DNA of 64,000 bases from Laetmonice hystrix (taxonomy: Eukaryota). The notes beneath the pieces were generated by a model. The model was not told the origin of the DNA, searched no databases, and saw nothing but the letters and a program-made list of their open reading frames with translations. Shown here piece by piece: positions 53,424 to 64,000 of the stretch; position 1 is the stretch's first letter; each line of letters starts with the position of its first letter. Where the stretch lies: positions 24,120,001-24,184,000 of the forward strand of contig OZ249436.1 of the NCBI GenBank assembly GCA_965235115.1, in the 5' to 3' direction. A program made the translations under genes and the position numbers.

Positions 53424-55316
53424 TGGTCAGTTCCTGAAATGCTAAGTATACAGTGTGTCTAAATAAAATGCTAATTACCTATTTGATCAAATTTAATGGT
53501 CAGTCCATAAAATGATAATTATACAGTGTGTGTAAAATAAATGCTAATCACATAATAATTTTGTCAAGAGACAGGCTTGTAACAATAAACCCATAAGCAT
53601 TATTTTTGCAAATTTGATGGACAGCGCATGAAATTATAATTATACAGCGTGTAAAAATGAAATGCTAATCACCTATTTATTTTGTTACTTTCATGGTCAC
53701 TGTATTGAATATTGATCCAGTGTCTGTAAATGAAATGCCAATCAGTTATTAATTTTTCAACAGACAGCCTATACTTATTAAAGGCCTCTCCGGTGCTTAT
53801 AGGCCTCTCCGGTCCTTATAGGCCTCTAATTGGTCTGTTAGTACTTTTTTTTTTCTTCTTTTCATTTTGTAGATAGCCTTAGATGCTGACAATGTGTCAC
53901 ACGACTAGCACTGGCTTAGTCAGTAAGATCTTATCACTTTAAGCAGCTTCCGTTGGGATCTGGGATAAAATAGATCCCTTTTACCCTACAGTGTTCTAAC
54001 TGCTTTTTTTCGCCCTGCAAATGGCCTTAGATGCCGACAGGGCGTAAGACCTTTTATTTTATATTGTGACGGCAGTTCTATCTTGCTTTTCATGGTGTAG
54101 ATTGCCTTAAGATGCCAACAATGTGTCAGACCACTAGCATTAGCTTTTAGTCGCCAAGATTTATTATGCTTTTTTAAGCAGCTTTGGTTGGGACCCTGGA
54201 TAAAATAGATTCCTTCTACTGTTAAGTGTTTTTACTCTTTTTTTCGCCTTGAATATGGCCTTAGATGCCGACACGTCGTAAAACCATTTATTTCATTACC
54301 AATATTTATATTGTAACAGCACTTCTATCTTGCAATGGTTTGACCTACTTTTCATTGTGTGGATTGCCTTAGATGCCCACAATGTGTCAGACCACCAGCA
54401 CTAGCTTAGTCACCAAAATCTTATCGTTCTAAGCATCTTCCATTGGGGCTGATGATAACATGGGTCCCTTTTACTCTTGAGTGTTCTAACTCTTTTTTTC
54501 TTCACCGTCAAGATGGCCTTAGATGCCAACACAGCGTAAAACCATTTATTTTATACGAGATATACAAGTCAATTTTAATTTACTTGAACTCCATTCTAAC
54601 CAATCAGATTCAAGTGAACTTGACTTCAAGTCAATTAAAATTGACTTGACTTTGTTTGTGAACCAGGCCCAGATCATTTTAACCAGCTTCCATTGGTACC
54701 GATGATAAAATAGATCCCTTTTACTCTTGAATGTTCTAACTTTTTTTTTTTCGCCGTGACGATGGCCTTAGATGCCGACACGGCGTTAAACCATTTATTT
54801 TATACCTATTATAGGCCTCTAATTGGTCTTTTAGTTTTACAGGTTGAGGGGTTGAGGGGAGGGGGGATTCCTCGGTAAGGTTTTGGCACCCACCCTTTCA
54901 TTAATTTTTGGATCCGCCGTTGGAAATTAGAACTTGGATGTATTTTGAGGGGATCCAACTCCACAATGTTTCGGCTCAAAGTGTCCTTTGACAGTTAACC
55001 ACCTATTACTGCAGTGTTGTGATTTTATCAGAGGTTGGACTTCTGACTCTTTTACAGTTTAAGCTTCTCAGCAGCCCTATTGAGCTGACCAGATATGTTG
55101 TACTCGGAGGTCAATTCCATCTTGCAGTGGTTTAAGCTACTTTTCATGGTGTATATTGCCTTAGATGCCAACAAGATGCCAGCAATGTGTCAGACCACTA
55201 GCACTAGCTTAGTCACCAAAATCTTAATATTTTAAGCAGCTTTAATTGGGACCGATGATAAATGGGTCCCTTTTACTCTTCAGTGTTCTAACTTTTTTTT
55301 ACCGTGAAGATGGCCT
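53424..55316 (+). repeat. Degenerate tandem repeats downstream of the Helentron ORF
   Basis: tatacagtgtg..aaatgctaat units at 53424-53760, then recurring gccttagatgcc(g/a)aca units of roughly 240-260 bp. Confidence 0.8.
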
Positions 55317-56744
55317 TTCGTTTCGTTTCGTTTCGTTTATTTCCACAATTTATGTTTTAGATTACAGCTGTTTCAGTAGAGATGAAGAAGTTCATATAGG
55401 TGAACTTATATACATCCTGAATAATACATAAAAGATTTGTAATATATACAATATAGCACACAAGCGTAGAACCGTTGGTTATAGTGTGGTTATATATTTA
55501 CATCTGAGAGTGAGAGAGAATAAAACACAACGTAACACAACAACAAAATAATAATTATAATATATCAAAAAATACTAATGAATAGAAAGAAAAGGTGTTT
55601 GGGGCTAATAGTAGAGATAAGGAGAGAATAGTTAAAGTTAATTATCTATTATATTCCTGATTAATTCCTTTTTTAGAGTAAATTTAAAAGTATGAATAGA
55701 AGAGTTTAATTTAATAACATCATCTTTTATAATTTTGTTGAAAATTTTAGGACCTTGATAGTATATAGATCTTTCAAGTACTTGACCTGCTATAGCAGGA
55801 AGGGAATAATGCTCCCATTGTCTAGTAGTTTGCTGTATTAGTTGATTGCGTCTACTGAATAATTCTGAGTTAATTTCCGGAATTCTGTTATGGTGTACCT
55901 TGAACATAAACACTGCCACTGCAAAGCTATATAATTCATTTATTGGCAGTATGTTAGCTTTAATAAAAAATGGGAGAGAATGCGTTCTTTGGGGTTTGTT
56001 AAATATCAGTCCGATAGCTTTTTTCTGTAGTTTAAACAGTCGGAGTAGTAATGTTTTATTAGCTTTGCCCCAAATGGTGATTCCGGTGTAGAAGTAAGGA
56101 TAGAGAAAAGAATAGTATAGCCTGATTAGAAGGTCATTACCAAGAACTGTTCTAGTCTTTTGTGGGATTCCTATTGATTTTGCTACTTTGTTGCAGAGAA
56201 ATTTAATGTGGTATTGCCATGTCAGTTTATTGTCTATTACAAAACCCAGAAATTTAGTTTGTGTGACAGGTTGAATAGTATGGTTGTTGATTATGATTTT
56301 AGCATTATTTGAGAAAATTATGTAATTTGATTTACTTATATTTAAGGATAGTTTATTGGCATTTAGCCATTTAACAATCTTGTCAAGCTCTTTATTGATG
56401 ATAGGGGATGGATCAATATTACTATTATAAGTATGGAAAAAACTACTGTCATCTGCGAAGAGGATCGGTTTCATAATTTTAGAAACATTAGAGAGATCAT
56501 TAATATATATTAAGAAGAATAAGGGCCCCAAAACACTGCCTTGTGGCACCCCTGTCTTGATGATCCTGTTCGATGATTCTTCATTTTGGTACACGGCATG
56601 TTGTTTACGTCCTCTTAAATATGATTCAATTAATTTTAAAGGGATTCCTCTAATTCCATAATTATGTAATTTAGTCAGTAGTATGTCAATATCTACTGTA
56701 TCAAAAGCCTTTGAAAAGTCCAGAAATATCCCCACTGTATTTAA

Positions 56745-57107
56745 CCCTTTCAGGGCGAACGATGCCTTGAGGCATTACCGTGCCAGGGCGGACGATGCCT
56801 TGAGGCATTACCGCCCCAGGGCGGACGATGCCTTGAGGCACTTTTTTGCCTACTTCGACCATTCCATGTAAATCCGGGCCTCTGATAGCAAGGACTGTCA
56901 ATCAACCAACTACAATTGTCGACTAGCTGTACTAACTCCTCCCCCTTACATATTACATTGATTGCTTTTGTCTTTTAGACATTTATGTGTCCCAAAATCA
57001 CGTTTTTCAAGACGAAAATCCAAAATGGCTCGCCCAGGTAGGGTGGTGCGCAAAACTGGGTCAGCCTCTGTGACGAATGTGACGTAACAAACGTCGCCGG
57101 CATAGGG
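56745..57107. mobile_element. piggyBac-type MITE inserted in the LINE RT
   Basis: TTAA at 56741-56744 and 57108-57111, ccct...aggg ends, three ~33-bp internal repeats (cagggcggacgatgccttgaggca). Confidence 0.88.
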
Positions 57108-57244
57108 TTAACTGGCTGGCTTGTGATTTAGCTAGATCATTAATTAATAGCTGCAGAGCAAGTACGGTGGAATGTTTGGAGCGGAACCCAAACTGTTTAG
57201 CATAAATACTGTTATGTTTCTCAAAGAAATTACTGAGTCGAGAG

Positions 57245-57505
57245 GGGCCTCGGGTGGCCGAGTGGTCTAAGGTGTCGGCTCCATCATGACACCTAGGACC
57301 ATCGCCTCACACCGCTGCGACCCGGGTTCGATTCCCGGCCTGGGCTGCATGTGTGAAAGGTTTGTCAGTCAGTTCCTTCCCGAAGGTCGGTGGTTTCCTC
57401 CGGGTACTCCGGTTTCCTCCACCAAGAAAAACTGACTTTCATCTCATCTTCACCACCGTGATATGACCCTGGCTGTTGCAAGGCGTAAAACCCCAAATAC
57501 CCCAT
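57245..57505 (+). mobile_element. tRNA-derived SINE with V-domain-like core
   Basis: A-box tggccgagtgg, B-box ggttcgattcc, core tttcctccgggtactccggtttcctcc, 11-bp TSD tgagtcgagag at 57234-57244 and 57506-57516. Confidence 0.92.
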
Positions 57506-60000
57506 TGAGTCGAGAGAATAACAATTTTTCAAAGACTTTAGAGAATGTAGGCAACATATTGGTCTATAGTTAGTGTATAAGTTTTTGGCACCTGATTTAA
57601 ATAGTGGTTTCACTCGGGCTATTTTTAGTTCCGTAGGGAATACTCCAACTTCTAGGGTGAGGTTAATTATATGTGTAAGGGGTGTTATGATGTGATCTAA
57701 GATGTTAATTATAAGGTTTTTAGAGATATTGTCCCAGCCCCCTGCTGCATCATTAAGGTTAGTTATGATTTTTTTGACTTCCTCCGAGGATGCAGGATTG
57801 AGGAAAATACTCGGTTGAGTCGGTGTAGGTAGAAAAGAGACAAAGTTTGTCTCTTCATATGGGATTTTATTTGCAAGATTTTGTCCAATTTGTGTGAAGA
57901 ATTCATTTAAAGTTTATTGGTTATTATTGGTTGTTGGTTATTCTCTTCACAAGTTCCATCATCATTAATAAAAAAGGTGGGGCAGTCTTTGGGTGTTCCA
58001 CCACCTGCAATTTCTTTTAGTATTTTCCACTGTTTTTTAATATCAGTTTTGGCATCAAGCAGTAGGCTTTTATAATACTTTCGTTCGGTTAATTTCAATT
58101 GTTTGTTAACTACTAGTTTACAGTCCTTATATTGTTTTACATTTTCCACTGTATGATATTTTTTTTGCTTTACATACAGTTTATTTTTGAGTTTAATTAG
58201 TTTTCTAAGTTCAGCATCAACCCAGGGCAATCTGTTTTTATATAATTTTAATGGTTCAGTTAATGGAAAGGAATGGTCAAAAGCCTCAGTAAGAATTTTA
58301 TGAAGCATGTTATAAGCTACAGTTGGGGAGTCCATCTTCAAAATATCAGTATAGTTGTATGATTTAACAGATTGGATAAACTTGTCAATATTTTTCTTAT
58401 TTATTTTCCTTTTTAGTTTAGTATTAGTTTCTTGTTTTTTATTTTCTGTGGTTATTATTAATGGGTAATGGTCTGAGATATTACTCATAAGTACAAAATG
58501 TTGAGAAATATTGCTATATGAATTAGTAAATATATTGTCGATAATAGTTTTAGAAGAATCGTGTACCCTAGTGGGTTTATCAATAATGGGAAAGAAACCA
58601 TAGGAGAACCCAGCATTTAGTAATAGATCTGCAGAGGCAGATTTCTTACTAAAGTCCACATTAAAGTCACCAAAAATAAATGTCAGAGAGTTAGATACTT
58701 TCTCCAATATACAATTAAACTTCTTTTGAAATTCAACAATATTCCTTCCGGGGGGTCTATAGATACAGCAAATCGTAGCATCTTTTTTTCCACCAAGTAA
58801 GATACCTTAAAGTTCAGTACTTCTAAATTACTATATGCTAAATCTTCTCTAATCATAATGCCAACTCCTCCTCCTAACTTCCTTGTTCTGCAGTTATTGA
58901 CACTACTATACCCAGGCAAATTATATAAAGTTGCATTTCCATTATTTAGCCATGTCTCTGTAAGACATACATTTGAAAAGGGTTAGGCAGTAGCAGCGTT
59001 CTTAGTTCAGTGTGGTGCTTTGGTAAACTTCTAATGTTCATATAAAACATACCATTTCTCAATGAATCCTTGTCATTCCATGACAAACTAAGCTGATTAT
59101 ATAAATCGTGAGAAATACATTTGGCAGATGTGATTGACTGACATTATACCAATTTCTATCAGGATCAATTTCATTTAAAGGGTAACAGTCTTCCATATCA
59201 CAGTCTGCATAGTTAATCCACTTTAAAAGGTCGAAGTCAAAGTTTTTAGAAGGTGAAATAGATTGAAATTGTAAAATTAAACCTTCATCTGATATTGACA
59301 TGAATGGTAATTCTCTAGGAGTATTTACATCACTATCAATCATTATGAAAAGTAAAGCGTAATAGAAGTACACATTTAAACCATTTCATACAGGTGACAA
59401 CAAATTTCGGAAAGAGGACCAGGTTTCTCAGTAGTACATGTTGGTGTAAAATATACAAATAGCCCAAAGTTAAGTGAAGAAAAACGGTGCAATCAAAAAC
59501 CAAAGAAATAACTAGTGAAGGTATAATATAACATTGAGATGGTTGTTTCAAAATTTCAGAGCATACATTATCCAGGAGTATGTGAAAAGGAGAGCAGTAA
59601 TAACAAAAGTAGTTAAGTGATTTGATTGAGTGGAGTGAAATGTGTACCTGGCAGAAAGGGACATTGATCAGTACAAATTCAATTCTAGAGAGTTAATTTG
59701 ATAGCTATATCGGTAATCTTTTGCGGATGACAAAGACATAAATTAAATAATGTGATTTACTTTTTACACAATATTATTACGTGAATATTATTGTGACCTA
59801 ATGAGTCACGTTTAACACATGATAGTATGAAGTAAAAATTTTTATAATAATCATAATACTTTTGATCTATTGAGTCATAAGATATGATAATACAAAGACA
59901 GTAAAGATTTATCATGATACTGATTATGATACGCTAGTATGTCATCAAAAGAGTTAAATTATAATTATGGAAAAAACTATAGGCCCCTATATACCCCTCC

Positions 60001-61985
60001 TGACTGTATTTTTCTTTTGAAATGCACGGGCATCAGGGGTAACCCAATTACTTTGACAATGTCCCTAAAGAGAAAAGTTGTATAGTCTACAGGAATCGAA
60101 CCCAGGCCCTAAGATTACTGCACCCATTCGCATAGCATAAGGTGTCGACACCCATGCCCACTCGGCCACCGCGACTCCCCTAAAAAAAGGAGCTTTGGTG
60201 GTCGAGCAGTACAATGGACCCTCCCTCCTACACACATCTTTTTGAAATGAGACGGAATCCATATTTTCCTAGTTAGAGCTACACATGATTTCTACCGAAC
60301 ATTGACTGTTAAGGTAATCCTGGCACTGGCGTAGACTTTCTTTTTCTTTTGAAATGCACGGGCATCAGGGGTAACCCAATTACTTTGACAATGTCCCTAA
60401 AGAGAAAAGTTGTATAGTCCTCTACAGGAATCGAACCCCGGCCCTAAGATTACTGCACCCATTCGCATAGCATAAGGTGTCGACACCCATGCCCACTCGG
60501 CCACCGCGACTCCCCTAAAAAAAGGAGCTTTGGTGGTCGAGCAGGACAATGGACCCTCCCCCCTACACACATCTTTTTGAAATGAGACGGAATCCATATT
60601 TTCCTAGTTAGAGCTACACATGATTTCTACCGAACATTGACTGTTAAGGTAATCCTGGCACTGGCGTAGACTGTATTTTTCTTTTGAAATGCACGGGCAT
60701 CAGGGGTAACCCAATTACTTTGACAATGTCCCTAAAGAGAAAAGTTGTATAGTCCTCTACAGGAATCGAACCCCGGCCCTAAGATTACTGCACCCATTCG
60801 CATAGCATAAGGTGTCGACACCCATGCCCACTCGGCCATCGCGACTCCCCTAAAAAAAGGAGCTTTGGTGGTCGAGCAGCACAATGGACCCTCCCCCCTA
60901 CACACATCTTTTTGAAATGAGACGGAATCCATATTTTCCTAGTTAGAGCTACACATGATTTCTACCGAACATTGACTGTTAAGGTAATCCTGGCACTGGC
61001 GTAGACTGTATTTTTCTTTTGAAATGCACGGGCATCAGAGGTAACCCAATTACTTTGACAATGTCTCTAAAGAGAAAAGTTGTATAGTCCTCTACAGGAA
61101 TCGAACCCCGGCCCTAAGATTACTGCACCCATTCGCATAGCATAAGGTGTCCACACCCATGCCCACTCGGCCACCGCGACTCCCCTAAAAAAAGGAGCTT
61201 TGGTGGTCGAGCAGGACAATGGACCCTCCCCCCTACACACATCTTTTTGAAATGAGACGGAATCCATATTTTCCTAGTTAGAGCTACACATGATTTCTAC
61301 CGAACATTGACTGTTAAGGTAATCCTGGCACTGGCGTAGACTGTATTTTTCTTTTGAAATGCACGGGCATCAGGGGTAACCCAATTACTTTGACAATGTA
61401 GTGATTAGGTCCCTATATACCCCACGTGACTGTAGTGATTAGGCCCCTATATATCCATCCTGACTGTAGTGGTTAGGAATCTATATAACCCGCCTGAATG
61501 TAGTGATCAGGCCCCTATATACCCCTCATGAGTGTTGTGGTTAGGCCCTATATACCCCACATGACTGTATTTTTCTTTTGAAATGCACGGGCATCAGGGG
61601 TAACCCAATTACTTTGACAATGTCCCTAAAGAGAAAAGTCGTATAGTCCTCTACAGGAATCGAACCCCGGCCCCAAGATTACTGCACCCATTCGCATAGC
61701 ATAAGGTATCGACGCCCATGCCCACTCGGCCACCGCCACCTCCCTAAGAAAAGGAAGCTTACGCCACCTGCCTGTAATGATTAGGTCCCTATATACACCG
61801 CCTGACTGTATTTTTCTTTTGAAATGCACGGGCATCAGGGGTAACCCAATTACTTTGACAATGTCCCTAAAGAGAAAAGTTGTATAGTCCTCTACAGGAA
61901 TCGAACCCAGGCCCTAAGATTACTGCACCCATTCGCATAGCATAAGGTGTCGACATCCATGCCCACTAGGCCACCGCCACTAGTG
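60001..61985 (-). repeat. 335-bp tandem repeat (4 full copies plus 2 shortened variants), each with a tRNA-derived head
   Basis: Period 335 (equivalent ORF starts at 60262, 60597, 60932, 61267); minus strand gtcgcggtggccgagtgg...ggttcgattcc...tttt in each unit. Confidence 0.92.
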
Positions 61986-62180
61986 ATTATGAACCTATAT
62001 ACGCCACCTTCCTGTGGTGATTAGGGCCCTGTATACCCCAGCTGACTGTAGTGATTAGGTCCCTCTATATAACCTGACTGTAGTGGTTAGGAACCTATAT
62101 AACCCACCTGCCCTGTAGTGATTAGGACCTTATGTACCCCTCCTTACTGGAGTGATTAGGTCCCTATATACGCCACCTGC
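61397..62180. repeat. ~35-40-bp minisatellite (tgtagtgattaggtccctatatac...) interleaved with the tRNA-like units
   Basis: Copies at 61397-61560, ~61772-61805 and 61980-62180. Confidence 0.85.
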
Positions 62181-62570
62181 CTGCCTGCCCAAAAGAAACC
62201 AGAAAGCTTGATCAGCATTACAGCCACACCATTGAGAAGCCTGTTTCCAACATGGTGAACGGCAGCCATCTTGGATTTCTCGGTCAAAACGAGGTCGAAT
62301 CATTAAGAAAGTACCAAAAATGAATTCCTTGACCCCAAAAACCCCAGAAAGCATATGCTGATTAGCACTGTAGCCTAGACCATAGCAAAAGTAATTTTAA
62401 AGGTAGCCCCCGGCGGCCATTTTGGATTTTGGCCCCTTGCGAAGTTAGCCCACACTTTCGCGAGGGTCACCCTCGCTAATTTTTCAAAGTAACCCTCACA
62501 GATGACAAATCCATAGAAAAACCTTTGTTTGGACTCAACGGTCACGGAAGTGCCAGAAATGACCGGACTA

Positions 62571-64000
62571 CAGTGGTGGATCACCTTTCTTCATCTTGGC
62601 TGCCGTTACTCTGTTAGGAACACCAAGCTGATTCACCCGTAAAGTACCACAGGCACCTGTCTGTTGATCTCCTAGTTCCCGAAACAATGCAGGGGAGGTA
62701 AAAAAATTGTCCATGTATAGATAATGTCCTTTGTTGAGTATTGGACTGGCTACAGGCGTGACTACATGATGAGCAAGACCTACACCATTAGGCCAATCAG
62801 ATTTTCCCGTGTACAGTTCCCAGTTGTACATGTAGCCTGTCCGGCTATCGGCAAGACACCAGGCTTTCAATTCCCACTTGTGTGGCTTAGCAGGCATGTA
62901 TTGCATCATATGTGTCCGACCCTTGAAGGCAATCATCGATTCATCGATGGAAAGGTTGCGTCCTGGGTTGAAAAATCTCTGCCATCTCTCAAGCAAAAGG
63001 GTGATGAATCGCCAGAACTGAAACCATGAAAAAGGGCACATTATGATTTACAATAAATTTATCTATTACCATCACATCTAGGCAAAGGAATATTTGCACA
63101 GCACCTTATAATTTGTCAATCAGGCATTATCTAACCAATTTATATTCATGTATTTACTGTATATAGGTAAAAGTGAAAATAAAGCCTAGAGTAGGCCTAC
63201 TTTTTTATATACATGTACTGGCAATACATGATTATATTGTTCATATCAGTAAAGCATGGGGGGAGGGGGAATTCGTTGAAAAAGAAAAATACAGTACTAT
63301 ATCATTGCAGTCATCCAATGTTTGTTTAGATCCTTGGGCTGGAATTTGATCCCTGAAATAGATCCCTGAATTCTATTTAGATAGCCAGAATTTCAGTTGC
63401 ACTTTACCTTGAAGCACCTGTCATGCTGTGGGTGGTCCCTTGGAACATTTTCTTCATTATTTGTCAAATGCAAAAACGTCATCATGTTTGAGAATGCATT
63501 GCGGCTCATTATCTTCTTTAGCCCCGGCAGTTCCCCTATGGGATTCGTCGTCCAGTGTGCCTCATAGTTTGGAAAACGTACCGTACATAACCCATCAGGA
63601 GTAGAATGGCCAGAAATGCACGAACATCTCCGATTTTACAATCCACCCACTTCCGAATCCTGGCATGTGGTTTGATCTGGTCCCCGACTGCAGAAAAATG
63701 TTGTTTGGCATACCGATTTGTCTCCGTGCAGATCAAGTCACAAACAGTGTCATCAGAGAATAAAGCAAAATGGCCGTACTCATTAGCGTCTTCTGGGATG
63801 TTTTTACGACTGCAGTCTGTTGAATCGAAGTCTTTGAGCCATCTGGCAGAATATGCTTCACTGTCACTAGTGTCAGATACATTCCTCCGTTCGTTTGGTG
63901 TGTCTCCAGATGAAAGCTTGTCACTGTCTCCATCAGATTCACTGTCGTCCGATTCCGCTTCGAATCCCAAGAAATCCTTGTTTTCCGTGTCCGAATCATC
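62571..64000 (-). pseudogene. piggyBac (PGBD4-like) transposase, frameshifted, 3'-interrupted, with a putative intron at 63018-63407
   Basis: ICTETNRYA, LSIDESMIAFKGR, QYMPAKPHKW, LADSRTGY, YMDNFFTSPALF, ACGTLR; acidic N-terminus runs off the window. Confidence 0.92.

Larger units (their letters stand above)
55317..59373 (-). mobile_element. CR1/L2-like LINE (APE + RT), decayed, with nested insertions
   Basis: IDPD motif, GGGVGIMI, FGDFNVD, ISDHYP, FLDFSKAFDTV, GVPQGSVLGPLFFLIYIND, FADD, KFLG; 3' tail aataaa(cgaaa)n on the minus strand at 55317-55340. Confidence 0.93.

Overview
Repeat-dense eukaryotic DNA, most likely from an invertebrate bilaterian (inferred from the repeat types). The only host coding sequence I can support is a 177-bp minus-strand exon of an MCTP-type multiple-C2-domain gene (20298-20474), so most of the window is probably intron. 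The rest is nested mobile DNA: a LINE endonuclease fragment; a Penelope-like element (RT + GIY-YIG) split by MITEs; a Ty3/gypsy LTR retrotransposon with an env-like third ORF and CTCF-like motifs in its LTRs; a decayed Helentron (Rep-Pif1 helicase-AP endonuclease); a CR1/L2-type LINE carrying a SINE and a piggyBac MITE; a tRNA-derived 335-bp satellite; and a piggyBac transposase with an apparent spliceosomal intron. The most striking structure is at 28.6-44.6 kb. About ten hairpin 5' boxes of several non-autonomous Helentron-like families are stacked in a short array, and the element bodies follow with 3' ends matching those boxes in reverse (last-in-first-out) order. This reads as a self-targeting nest that records insertion order. 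All coordinates were read by eye and all family assignments rest on recognised motifs, not database searches.
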